A stretch of DNA of 64,000 nt, taken from the human T2T-CHM13v2.0 reference genome, Homo sapiens. The stretch is taken from the NCBI RefSeq assembly GCF_009914755.1, contig NC_060928.1, one strand, 5' to 3'. Both the position numbers and the translations under genes were made by a program. Below the pieces are notes generated by a model. It ran no database searches, had not been told where the DNA came from, and was given only the letters and a program-made list of their open reading frames with translations. Shown here one piece after another: positions 1 through 12,521 of the stretch; position 1 is the stretch's first letter; each line of letters starts with the position of its first letter.

Positions 1-283
1 AGTGTTTCAGGGTCCAGCTGATCAAGAACAGCAAGAAAATCACATCTGTTGTAACCCAATGATGGTTGCTTGAACATTATTGAGGAAAACAATTAGGTTC
101 TGGTTAGGGAATTTGATTGAAAAGATCATGCTATTATTGATATTCCTGGAATCCACTTTAAGGTTGTCAAAGTAGCCAATGTCTCTGTTTTGGTCCTAAA
201 CAAAGGCAACAAAGAAAGACTACGATAATGAATTTGATGGTGAAACATAGTAGTAATTAATTTTCATATACCAAAAAAGAAAG
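1..283 (+). pseudogene. RPS23: Processed pseudogene of ribosomal protein S23 (uS12), 3' part, truncated by window start
   Basis: Manual translation from nt 3 gives [72 protein letters not shown], versus RPS23 C-terminus [75 protein letters not shown]. Disabled by a +1 frameshift near 54 and stops at 94-96 and 118-120. No intron; RPS23-like 3'UTR followed by an A-rich tail at 273-283. Confidence 0.95.
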
Positions 284-669
284 AATGAAGCCTCTGTAGA
301 TCTGCATTGCATGTTGAATATTTTTCTCTTTCCTCTTCAACAAAATGTTATAAATTTTAAAAATTCACCCAAACATAATAAAATAATTTCTTGAATTTTT
401 TTGAGAAACAAGTAAATTATTACTTTATTGACTCATGATAGTCCTGAATATTGACTGTTTATGATGTGTGCATTCATAGATTTCAAATATGTTTATGTTC
501 TGATTTTCAACTAAACTTGCCTAGTATAATTTTGGTTATATGAACATATTTTAGACCTTTTGTTATAATGTGTATAGTGGATTTTGAATAAAAGAAAATC
601 TGAATTTATGAACTTATTAGTAATTTTATTCTTGTCCATTTAAAATATTAAATACAATGAATATTTTAT

Positions 670-770
670 CTTCCACCCTCTGAAGCAACAGCCCAAGCTG
701 TACTGTGGCCCTTTTTAGCCATAGCTGGAGCAGCTGGGAAGCAGGGCACCAAGTCTCTAGACTGCACAAA
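670..770 (-). mobile_element. Isolated 101-bp THE1-internal fragment (copy of 2807-2907)
   Basis: 98/101 identical to 2807-2907 in the same orientation; embedded in AT-rich DNA without LTR, poly(A) or obvious TSD. Confidence 0.9.
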
Positions 771-1693
771 TTTTTGATGACTAATTAAGCAGAGAATCAT
801 AATTTGGTAAAGCAAATTCGAGGAAAGCAATTCTTCCCAGAGAAATTCATTTTAAGCCAATTCTTAAAGGTTGATCTTCATATAATTCAAAAAAATCAAG
901 TTGCAGAATTTCAGGTATAAGAATCCTGATGCAAGAAGTAGATAAAATAGGTAACATTTGTAAAGTTGGGACAACACATGATGTAAAAGTTCTCTACTTC
1001 TGATGTCTTCAGAAACTGGAGGAAGATGAACCCAGAAAGACTCTTGGTTTTACTGGTTAAGATTTATTACCAGTGTCTGAGTAACAAGGAAGCAGAAACT
1101 AAGTAAGGATCCCTGTATATTTTCTGAAGTTCCCTTTATACAATTATGTATAGAAAACTGTATGAAATTTTGATAGTATAGGTTCATTAATTCTCAACAC
1201 TACTACTAAGGACTTTGAGAAGTCTTAACTGAGACCTCTCTTTTTGTTTGTTTGTTAAATATGGAAAACCAGGTAGAAACCTTGTGTTACAGATTCCTTG
1301 GCTCTGTTTGCCACTCCAGGGTCTGCTGAGATATTTGCCTTCTTATAAGCTCACTTTTTTTTTCAGATCCATCTGATATTAGAATATACCCATCTTTAAA
1401 GTTTATTTAATGTGCAGAGTAATTATCATTTGTACACATTGAGAGTTTGCTTCTCTCCAGAAGTCATAAAAATATTTTTTTTCCTGAGTTGTGTCCTATT
1501 ACATCTCTTTTGTATTTTACATCCTGTAGCTCTCTGTCCTATGGAGTATTATACATATTTCTATAAGGAAGGGCTATTTTACCTTTACTTGACAGAAGGT
1601 GAAATGTCCCACAAAATGAATTTCTCTTATCCTACTGAGCAGAAGAGGGAGATTTTTGACTCTTCCATAAAACTATGAAACATTTTTGGGAGC

Positions 1694-3943
1694 TGTATTA
1701 GTCCGTTTCCATGCTGCTGATAAAGACATACCCAGGACTGAGCAATGTACAAAAGAAAGAGGTTTTTTAAACTTACAGTTCCACATGGCTGGCGAAGTCT
1801 CACAATCACAGCAGATGGTGAAAGGCACATCTCACATGGCAGCAGACAAGAGGAGAGAGCTTGTGCAAAGAAACTCCCCTTTTTAAAACCATCAGATCTC
1901 ATGAGACTTACTCCCTATCACAAGGACATCATGGGAAAGACCTGCCCCCATGATTCAATTACCTCCCACTGAGTCCCTCCCATAACACATGGGAATTCAA
2001 CATGAGATTTGGGTTGGGACACAGCCAACTATATCATTTCACTCCTGAGCCATCCCAAATCTCATGTCCTCACATTTCAAACCAACCATGCCTTCCCAAC
2101 AGTCCCCCAATGTCTTAACTCATTTCAGCATTAACTCAAAAGTCCACAGTCCAAAGTCTCATCCAAGACAAGTCAAGTCCCTTCTGCCTATTAGTCTGTA
2201 AAATCAAAAGGAGTTAGTTACTTCCTAGATGCAATGGGGGTACAGGAATTGGGTAAATACAGCCATTCCAAATAGGAGAAATTGGTGAAAACAAAGGGGC
2301 TACAGGCCCAAAGCCAGTCTGAAATCCAGCAGGGCAGTCAAATCTTAATGCTGCAAAATGATCTCCTTTGACTTCATTTCTCACATTCAGGTCACAGTGA
2401 TACAAGAGGGGGGTTCCCATGGCCTTGGGCAACTCTGCCTTCATGGCTTCCCAGGTTATAGTCCCCCTCCTGGCTGCTTTCACTGGCTGGTGTTGAGTGT
2501 CTGTGGCTTTTCCAGGTGCATGATGCAAGATGTAGGTGGATCTACCATTCTGGGGTCTGGAGGAGAGTGGTCCTCTTCTCAACGCTCCACTCGGCAGTAT
2601 CCCAGTAGGGACTCTGTGTGGGGTCTCCGGCCCACAATGCCCTAGCAGAGGTTCTCCATGAGAGAACCTCTGCAGCAAACATCTGCCTAGGCGTCTAGGC
2701 ATTTCCATACATCCTATGAAATCTAGGCAGAGGTTCCCAAAACTCAATTCTTCACTTCTGTGCAACTGCAGGATCAGAGCCACATAGAAGCTGCCAAGGC
2801 TTGGGGCTTCCACCCTCTGAAGCAAGAGCCCACGCTGTACTGTGGCCCTTTTTAGCCATAGCTAGAGCAGCTGGGAAGCAGGGCACCAAGTCTCTAGACT
2901 GCACAAAGCATGGGGACCCTGGCCTGGCCCATGAAACCACTTTTTCCTCCTGGGCTTCCAGGCCTTTGATGGGAGTGGGTGCCATGAAGACCTCAGACAT
3001 GCTCTGGAGACATTTTCTTCATTGTCTTGGAGATTAATATTTAACTCCTCATTACTTATGCAAATTTCTGCAGCCAGCTTGAATTTCTCCTCAGAAAATG
3101 GGATTTTCATTTCGATCGCATTGTCAGGCTGCAAATTTTCTGAACTTTTATCGTCTGTTTTCCTTTTAAAACTGAATTCCTTTAACCCACCCAAGTCATC
3201 ACTTGAATGCTTTGCTGCTTAGCATTTTTTTTTCCACCAGATACCCTAAATTATCTCTCTCATGTTCAAAGTTCCACAAATCTCTAGGGCAGGCAGGGGC
3301 AAAATGTCACCAATCTCTTTGCTAAAACATAACAAGAGTCACTTTTGCTCCAGTTCCCAAAAAGTTCCTCATCTCCATCTGAGACCATCTCAGCCTGGAT
3401 TTCATTTCATATCATTATCAGCACTTTGGTCAAAGCCATTCAACAAGTCTCCAGGAAGTTCCACACTTTCCCAAATTTTCCTGTCTTCCCCTGAACCCTC
3501 CAAACTTTTCCAACCACTGCCTGTTACCCAGCTCCAAAGTCACTTCCACATTTTCGGGTATCTTTTCAGCAAAGTCCTACTCTACTGGTACTAATTTACT
3601 GTATTAGTCCATTTTCACACTGCTGATAAAGACATACCCAAGACTGAGCAATCTGCAAAATAAAGAGGTTTATTGAACTTACAGTTCCACGTGGCTGGGG
3701 AGGCCTTACAATCACAGCAGATAGTGAAAGGCATGTCTCAGATGGCAGCAGGCAAGAGAAGAGAGCTTGGACAGGGAAAGTCCCCTTTTTGCAACCATCA
3801 GATTTCACAAGTCTTATTCACTATCATGAGAACAGCAAAGGAAATACCTGCCCCCATGACTCTATTACCTCCCACCAGGTCCCTCCCACAACACATGGGA
3901 ATTCAAGATGAGATTTGTGTGGGGACACAGCCAAAATATATCA
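1694..3943 (-). mobile_element. Complete THE1 (THE1A/B-like, ERVL-MaLR) provirus: LTR 1694-2036, internal 2037-3599, LTR 3600-3943
   Basis: Two similar ~343-bp LTRs (TGTATTAGTCC...ATATCA on +), ~1.56 kb THE1-int, 5-bp TSD GGAGC/GGAGA (1689-1693, 3944-3948). Confidence 0.93.
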
Positions 3944-4344
3944 GGAGAGTAACATTTCCTTTCTCTCTTGTTAATTATCTTATGCCTATATAACTTGTAT
4001 TATAGACAAAATGCATTCATCTAATAGCTTACTCTGTGTCAATATCTTTGTCTATATTGGAGACAATACTGTGTTTCAATGTGTTGAATATACTATTATT
4101 TAAAAATGCATCATTATATACCACAGAGAAAGAACAAAAAGACAAATTAAATTATTATACCGCATATCAGCAATGGCACTCAGTAACATGTTAATCACTC
4201 CCACCAGCCCTTTTTTGCTTTGAATTTTTTTTCAAATATTCAAGGCATCTGCTAATCTCTTCAGCTAATAGTAGCATTGCTTTGTCCATGAAAAGAAATC
4301 CTTTTGCCTTTATTTCAAGAATAAAGTACTATACAGCTTCAAAG

Positions 4345-4483
4345 CAGTGATTCTCACAGTTTAAACATACAAATCACCTGGGATCTTATTACAAAATAAA
4401 ATGTAATTTAAAAGGTTTGGAATGGAGCCTAAAGTTCTGTATTTCTAACAAGTTCCCAGCTGACTGGGACCAAACTCAGAGAA
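4345..4483. mobile_element. MER5A-like hAT-Charlie DNA transposon remnant
   Basis: CAGTGATTCTCA...AATCACCTGGGATCTT...TGTATTTCTAACAAGTTCCCAG motifs typical of MER5A. Confidence 0.7.
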
Positions 4484-4759
4484 GGAAAGGAACAAAACAC
4501 TCAGTTGAGGCTTCCAAGGAAAAATGAGATTGTATCGTCCTTCAAATGGCAAATACTTGCTTCACTTAAAACAAATTGGTCTATTTCTGTGCCTTTCAGG
4601 GTATAAAGGTGCAACATATAACTTTCTGTTGCAATGTTAAATCAGAGGTTATTGTTGATGAAGTCACTTTAGACACATATAGTACAAGTAATGTATCAAG
4701 TTCAACTGAAGTAAGATCAGTTTGAAAATATATGACCAAAGATGTTCATGGGATGGCAA

Positions 4760-6082
4760 TGTTGAACTGTATCCGAGCCCTGCACTCATTGAAAGCAGTT
4801 ATAGTTTAAAAACCTGTGCATCATTTTGTATTCTAGGAAACAGGCTAATGACAAAGGACCCCCTGCCCTCACATATCCTGGTATAAAACTTGTCTCCAAG
4901 AGCTTCAGCACAGCAAAAACAAAACAAAACAAAAAAAACAGCTATCCTCAGAGTGAACAGGCTACCTACAGAATGGGAGACAATTTTTGCAAACTATCCA
5001 TCCGACAAAGGGCTATTATTAAGAATCTACAAGGAACTTGAACAAATTTACAAGAAAAAAACAAAACTCCATCAAAAAGTGGGCAAAGGATATGAACAGA
5101 CACTTCTCAAAAGAAGACATTCATGCGGCCAACAAACATATGAAAGAAAAGCTCATCATCACTGGTCATTAGAGAAATGCAAATCAAAACCACAATGAGG
5201 TACCATCTCTCCCCAGTTAGAATGGCGATCATGAAAAAGTCAGGAAACAAAAGATGCTGGCAAGGATGTGGAGAAATAGGAATGCTTTTACACTTTGGTG
5301 GGACTGTAAATTAGTTCAACCATTGTGGAAGACAGTGTGGCAACTCCTCTAGAACCAGAAATACCATTTGACCCAGCAATCCCATTACTGGGTATATACC
5401 CAAAGGATTATAAGTCATTCTACTATAAAGACACAGGCACACGTATGTTTATTGCAGCACTATTTACAATAGCAAAGGCTTAGAACCAACCTAAATGCCC
5501 ATCAGTGATAGACTGGTTAAAGAAAATGTGGCACATATACACCATGGAATACTATGCAGCCATGAAAAAAAGAATGAAAGAATGAGTTCATGTCCTTTGC
5601 AAGGACATGGATGAAGCTGGAAACCATCATTCTCAGCAAACTAACACAAGAACAGAAAACCAAATACTGCATGTTCTCACTCATAAGTGGGAGTTGAACA
5701 ATGACAACACATGGACACCGGGAGGGGAACATCATACACCAGGGCCTGTCAGGGGGTGGGGACCAAGGGGAGGGAGAGCATTAGGACAAATATCTAATGC
5801 ATGCAGGTCTTAAAACCTAGATGACAGGTTGACGGGTGCAACAGACCACCATGGCACATGTATACTGATGTAACAAACCTGCACATTCTGCACATGTATC
5901 CCAGAACTTAAAGTAAAATTACTTGTTTTCTTTAGCACTCTCTTGTTTACCTGGTGCTGTAGAACTGCAGGCCATATTCCTTTACTTTGAGGTTTTCCTC
6001 ATTAATGAATATTCTCCCCTATTACAGTAGCCAGAATAAAATCATCTTCTTAATTGCTCACTTCATACTGCCATTCACAGCA
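4760..6082 (+). mobile_element. Old solo LTR (probably ERVL class, MER54/MER74-like), split by an L1 insertion
   Basis: TG start (4760) and CA end (6082), perfect 5-bp TSD GGCAA (4755-4759, 6083-6087), AATAAA near the 3' end. Family name is tentative. Confidence 0.55.
4898..5918 (+). mobile_element. 5'-truncated L1PA7/8-like LINE-1 (ORF2 C-terminal end and 3'UTR)
   Basis: [25 protein letters not shown]2 remnant; 3'UTR GGGAGAGCATTAGGACAAATATCTAATGCATGC...CCAGAACTTAAAGTAAAA. Confidence 0.9.
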
Positions 6083-6231
6083 GGCAATATCTATTTTCAG
6101 AGTATATCATAGTCATTAAATGTGTGGACCCCAAAGTCAGAGTAATTAGTTTTTAGACCCGGCTCTTCTGATCATTAACTTATGTTAACTAGGACAAGAG
6201 ATTAAAACTCTTGTTAAACTCCATAAACTTC

Positions 6232-7118
6232 TGTAAACAAAAATGAAATTTTAAGAACCCTAACTTACTGAATGGACTCCCCTCTTGGGCCAAGGAGATC
6301 CCAAAGAAATCTGAAAAACTAGTTCAGGCCAGGACAGGTAGAGATATCAGACATGCTTCATTATACCCTGCTTGCTTTAGAGTTTAAGCACAACTGACCA
6401 GCATTAACATTAAATTAGAGATCAAAAGACTGACAAAACAGACTCTTTGTAGCAATATGGAACCAAATTCCAATCTCACTCTGTATATCATCACATGACA
6501 GATAACAAATTCTAAAGGCAAAAAAGTATTTTACCCCAAAATATATTTCTTTTACATATTTTGGAATGGCCCTGCAAAGTTGTCTCCTGTAAGGGAGATT
6601 TGGATTCTGTAAAGAATCTTCTTTCCTTACTAGATCTTTTGCAGAGTCTGGAAACCTTTTAAAGTCTGTTAAGAGATATTTACCATCTATTCTCTCTGAT
6701 GCATGTTACTTAGAGGCTTCATCTACATAAACAAGAACCTTGATTTCCACATCTCTGCTTATCAAACATTTCTTTATGCTAACTTCAACTTTTCATGCAA
6801 AGCTTAACTCTTTCAACCAATTGCCAATCAGGACATCTTTTAATCCACCTATGACCTGCAAGCCACTCCTTCTTCCCCCACCTGCCTGTCTTTGAAATGT
6901 CCTTCCCTGTTTCCAGGCCAAACCATGTATACTTTACATGTATCGATTTATGTTTTTGCCTGTAACTTCTGTCTCCGCAAAATCTGTATAACCAAGCTGT
7001 AACCCAAGCATCTTGGGCACATGTTATCATGACCTCCTGAGGCTGTGTCATTGTCCTCATATTTGGCTCAGAGTAAACCCCTTCCAATATTTCACAGACT
7101 TTGGCTTTTTCATCAACA
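6232..7118 (+). mobile_element. MER4D-like ERV1 solo LTR inserted in a MIR remnant
   Basis: TGTAAACAAAAATGAAATT...GGCCAAGGAGATCCCAAAGAAATCTGAAAAACTAGTTCAGGCC start, ...CTTTTTCATCAACA end, 4-bp TSD CTTC/CCTC. Confidence 0.8.
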
Positions 7119-7199
7119 CCTCAAAACCTCCATTTCAACATAACTAAAGAAGTAATAGTAAAGTATTTTTATCCAAACACTCACTTCCCTGTGCAAAAA

Positions 7200-8510
7200 C
7201 TATGGAGCTCCCATCCCACTTGCTGGGAAATTGAAACGCATTCTTAGGGCCCCTTGTGACCTCTCCTTTCTCCTCTCTTCTCCTCCCTTCTACTCACTCT
7301 GCTCAGGTCACTGTGGCTTCTTTTTTTTCATTCTGGGACTCATGAAGCTGTTTCTCATATTGAGACTTTTCTTTATGCTATTCTTTCCTTCCTAGTTATT
7401 CCCCAGGTATTGTTATAGCTGGCTTTTTCTCATCACTCAGGTTTCTATTATACTGTCAACTTTTCAAAAGTCCTTCCCTGATATCCCTGTCCAAATACTC
7501 CTTCTCATCCATATCAATTCCCTTCCTGTATTCTAACATGTCCACATCTGCCATTCTAATGATTTTTTTTACTCTCTGTATTCTCATGAGAATGCAAGTT
7601 CGAAATGGGGCAAGCTACATAATTTATGTAGCCCATTGAAAAATGAAAATGTGAGTCTCCTTGCTTAATAAAAAAGGTATTAACAGATAAAGCTTTCTCC
7701 TTCTGTGCTCCATCTTTCTCCCTCACTCAGTTAGTTGGTCATGGAGTTGTTATTTGCTATCTAATGCAATTTTAAGTAAAGAAGTATTTTAATTTTATTA
7801 CTTACATTTGTGTTTATACAATGACAGTTTACATGAAAATGTGGGTGCATTTAACTCATGCAAAACATCACAGAAATTACATAGTTCATACATATTGATC
7901 TAACCAAAACGGGACACACCACACAAACGTAGCTCCACTCTTTTGATTCTATTTCTCGATGTATTAACATTCCACCTATACACTCTACCTTTGGCTTACT
8001 GATGAGTAAGGAAGGACTGAAAGGAAAAGGAACTCTGGGTTATGCTATATTTCCCTTACCTTCTATGTCATGATTTTCTGCATTAGTGATTGGAAGCTTC
8101 CCTACATTGCTTATTTTGTACTTGCTTTGAGTCCCATTAAATTTCCATGCATCAAGGGTTCACCAGAATTCTGCAATCATGGGGCATCATATATGCCATA
8201 TGTAAATGGCACAGGAAGGAACAGTGGTAGACATGTGTATTGCATGTTCCTCTTCTGCTTGTGCTCCATTGTCACATGAGCTTTGACATACAAAACACTA
8301 ATTCAAATATAAAAATGTTAATATAGCACAAGTGGAGCATTAAACCAAGAGGAGGGTCCTTCTGAAAATGAGGCATAGGTCACATGGCCATGAAGGCAAA
8401 CCCTCCATTAGCTCAGGAACTCTCAGACTGATTTATTTCTGCACTCCTGATGGGGAGAACAATGCCTGAGCATGCAGAAAATGAAGAAACATCTTTGAAT
8501 AAATGAATAA
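7200..8510 (+). mobile_element. L2 3' region, interrupted by a MER45-family element
   Basis: Pyrimidine-rich L2-like sequence at 7200-7600; L2 tail AACAATGCCTGAGCATGCAG...TGAATAAATGAATAA at 8410-8510. Confidence 0.55.
7607..8404 (-). mobile_element. MER45B/C-like hAT-Tip100 DNA transposon
   Basis: Ends match MER45 termini (GCTACATAATTT...AAAATGAAAATG and AGCATTAAACCAAG...CCATGAAG); ~800 bp. Confidence 0.65.
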
Positions 8511-9381
8511 GTACATGAGAGTTATATACCTCATGATTTCTTAGCAAAATACCTGTCACCTAGTAAGTTATCTGCTTATAAAGCATATTATTACTATTTT
8601 CACTGTTATCATTATTACATGTTAGAGAATTTACACATTTTGGATTTACTACTGGAAAACTGATAATATTTTGACAAAATTTCTTCTCGTGTATTTACTC
8701 TAATTATAGGATTAGTTGAAGTGGATGAAATGAGAGAAAATTCAAATGAATTTTCTCATCAGCTGATAAGAAGTTGACTTCTCATCAGCTTGTCTAATAA
8801 AAATGTAGGTAAAATAGCAGATTAAATGTTATAGTAAAAATAATAGCTTCAAGTTGAGCACAAGTATCTGAATTAACTATATGTATATTGTACCCAACTA
8901 TTATAAGTAATTTTTATAATTTATGTATATTTCTTTCTGAAAAAATCCACACTTGGAATAAGCAGTGGTAGCTTATTAACCAGCACGTTTTTCAACTGTG
9001 TCCCCAAATGGCTTGGCTATCAAGAGATAAGAGGTGGGTTTAAACATCTCTATTTCTCTGCTCAGATCTTTTTTCTAGAATAATGTCAAACTAGGCTAAA
9101 TCTAAATAATCAATTTATAAATATTTGCAGAATGTAAGTATGAATGAGTAAAAGTAATTGGAAGGAGAAAAAGTTAAGAAGGTATAAGACATTTTACTTC
9201 TTTCACATAGTTTTTTTAAAGAGGTAAATAAGACTTCAATGAGACACTTCAAGACAAAATATATTTAATAACAAGTGAATAGTTGTTAGCTTCACATGTA
9301 TCTACTACAGCAAAGTACACAAATTAAAAAAAAAAAAACAAGCAAACAGCTCCTCACAGATATAGATATGCCATGTATACC

Positions 9382-9412
<31 letters not shown>
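9382..9412. repeat. (TA)n microsatellite
   Basis: Direct reading of an interrupted TA run. Confidence 0.9.
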
Positions 9413-9413
<1 letters not shown>

Positions 9414-10224
9414 TCTTTTTTCTTACATGCCATCATGCATACAAGTATCTTAAAAATATGTGGCAGTTGCATAGAGTTGAAGACTGTAAGGAAAATTAGG
9501 GTAAAATTTTACTGAATGGAAAACTATGCATTGTATATAGCAGACCTTTAGAATTACCTGATTCTAAAACTGTGGGAGCTATTTTTCAATCCTGTTAATT
9601 GTAGATTACTGATAACATTACAAAATTGTTCTTGTCTATAAACATACAAATTAATTCTGTGTTGGGAGACAATCTTGACTCCCTACATTTATTTCAATAC
9701 ATCTGATCTACAAATGTTCTATTCATCAGGATTTCCTGTTTAACACTTGCCAATTTCCTCATTCATGAGTTAAAATCTTTAATACATCCTCATTCTTATA
9801 TCTTTAAGCTAGTCATATTTTAACTTTTTAATAAATATCATAATGAGGCTTATGTTTATTTTATTATTTTACTCTACCATGCACAACGTGTATCTTTCAT
9901 GTCATAATCTAAGATGTCTGTTCCAGCTCCTACTATTCTATCCACATTCCATTCAGAAGGATCAAGGGAAAGCTGAGAAAAGGCCAACCCCCTTTGCTTT
10001 TTGGTCACAAATTTCATGCCCAGTCTCTTCTCACTAGCCAGAAGTAAGTCAAACAGCATATTTTGGCAGAAGAAACTGGAATAAGTTATCTTTATCCAGC
10101 AAGCCACCTGACCAGCATTGAACTTTGAATTCTATTACCAAAAAAAAAAAAAAAATAAAAAAAATAAAAGGAACAACAGACACTGGTGAATAATTGGCAG
10201 TCTTTACAAGTAGTTTTATAGGGT

Positions 10225-10759
10225 GAATAAAAAAGCCTTAACCTCCCTCTCAGCCTGATGAATCTTTAAAGAGTCTTCATCCTAACTCTTGGGCCCTGAC
10301 CTCCCTTTTCTTAGAGCATTTATTTAGAAAACTTGTACGCGGCCTCTCTGCCTGTTTGAGATGAGTATCTTTTTAAAAAGCCTCTTACCAGTTTTACAAC
10401 CAGGAATGTTTCTAAGACCTGGGAGCTGTCCCTTTGAAATGAAATCTCTGTGGGAGAATAGGAGCCTTATTTTGATGGGCACCAATTAGCAAACACACAT
10501 GGCCTAATGACAGAGAAAACATACGCAAACTCAGAAATAACTCAATATGCTCTGCACATCCCATTGATCAACTTCCCCCTACTAATGTCCTCCAGTACTT
10601 TCCCACTAGCTTACCCTCGTGGTTAAAAAACCTACCTGCCTTTTGGTCAGCAGAGCTGAGCTCAGAGTGTGGTCTGATGTCTCTTTCCTATGGAAATAAC
10701 ATTACATAAAAGTCTTGCTTGCCTGTGTAATGTCATCCCATGCAATTTTTCCTTTGTCT
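10225..10759 (+). mobile_element. MER31-like ERV1 solo LTR
   Basis: CTCCCTTTTCTTAGAGCATTTATTTAGAAAACTTGTA and CCAGTTTTACAACCAGGAATG...GACCTGGGAGC...CCCTTTGAAATG motifs. Confidence 0.65.
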
Positions 10760-11324
10760 AGGGATTTGGAGGAAGCAGGCATAACAATGTGCTCAACTTA
10801 TCTGGGAAGACATCTTCATGGAGAAAAAAGATTGATTTGTGTTCAAAGATTAGTAAGATATTGGATAAATGGAGAATTACAGAGATTCATATATCTGATA
10901 AAAGAAATAGTGAGTAATCTAGTTCTGAAAGTTTCTTCTAACATAACGACTGAACCATGTAAGTTTCATAAAGTCAAATGCAGGCAAGGTAATGCATGAA
11001 GTAGCCCAGTGTAAACTGAATGGCTTAATAGGGACTGTAAACTAGACGGCTCATGCCCTTTCTGAGAAGATAGCCTTTTTCAGGCTCATATAGTGGCTGT
11101 CATGTTGTCAAAATTTTTAATTTTTCAAAATGAACTAGAATATGGATTTACATTTTAATTTCTAATTTCATCCATACATAACTAATTCAAAGTTAGAAAA
11201 ATAAATGAAGCTATAAACAACTGCTAGGCTACACAAAGTTTGCTTTATTTTGGTTCTTCTTTTAGTTAAGTAATACTTGAGGCATAAAATAGTAAAAGGA
11301 AAAGTGGGTTTAATTGGGAAGTGA

Positions 11325-11490
11325 GTTACTTCCTAATTTTGTCATCTTGGGCCATTGGATTAATTTTTCTGCATCTCAGCTTCTTTACCTGAAATCTGGA
11401 TAACTATTACATAGGGTTGGTGTATTCATATTGAGACAATATTAATAAAGGTGTTTGGAAAATGATAGTGTAATATAAATACAAAGTATG
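11325..11490 (+). mobile_element. MIR remnant
   Basis: MIR core-like TCTTGGGCCA...TCTCAGCTTCTTTACCTGAAA...CATAGGGTTGGTG. Confidence 0.55.
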
Positions 11491-12521
11491 TGTTACAAGA
11501 GAGTTTATAACATAGAAATTAAGCGTGTAGACATGTAAGTATGTAGGCAGATATTTGTCAAGTAGCTTTCAAAAGCCATATAACATCCGATCTACAAAAT
11601 GAATATGAAAATACCATCTATTTCGCAGTGCTGTGCTGAGGATGAAATGAGAGAACCCACATTAAAGTTTTTTAGTGTGGTTTGTACTAACTGCACAGAG
11701 TCTGTGACTATCGGTAGGAAGAGGAATAGGACATAGCATAACATAAACCATAATTTTTCTGTCACCCAGGAATAATCACACCTTCTTGAAACTAGCTAAA
11801 GTTAGAGAAAAAAATTAAAAAAACAAGAAATCGTATCACAAAGATTGCCAATTATTCTGTGGAATATTAATGCTCATTTTATGCTGACGCTGCCTTAATG
11901 TTAATTAGGAATCCAGAGTCTTCCTTTGTGCACATAATGAATGTTCCTTCTCATGCTCTACTTGTTTGTCCCTGACAATTACTAAATTAATTACTTCAAA
12001 TCTGAGCTCACACCAGTTTTTAACCCTTCCTGTTTGTGCTAAATGTGGAATTTTAATTTGATACTCCAAAGAGTTTTTAATATTGGTTTAAGTATTTAAA
12101 TAAAACATCTATAAAAAATCATTAATGGTCAATGGAACAAAACTGTGTAGCAGACACAGGAAGATTTGAAAACGCAGGTCCTACAAAAAAATAAAATTTG
12201 ATCAAAAGATGTCAATTTAATTTGCTTGATATTGGTATTTCTTGGCCTCTGTATTCATACAACACTGAAGCTTGAAATAAACAATAACTCTGAGAAATAT
12301 GAAATCCACTATTTATTCGGTTGAAAACTAGTAATAATTGAAATTCATTAAATTAATATGAAGACATAAATTTAATATAGTAAGCAAATTTTATCTTGGG
12401 TGTCAACTGAGTGTATGTGTGCTGGTGTGTGTGCATGAACAAATAAATGGTTATTAAGGTGAAATATCGGAAATTTTTACAGCTGATAATAAAATCACCT
12501 GGAAATTTTTAATAATCTCCT

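Noticed and set aside
2214-2825. 203-aa minus-strand ORF
   Set aside because: Lies entirely in THE1-int; a decayed MaLR internal frame with no sign of a host gene.
10139-10169. Orphan poly(A) as the tail of a retrocopy
   Set aside because: No recognisable upstream element and no TSD found.
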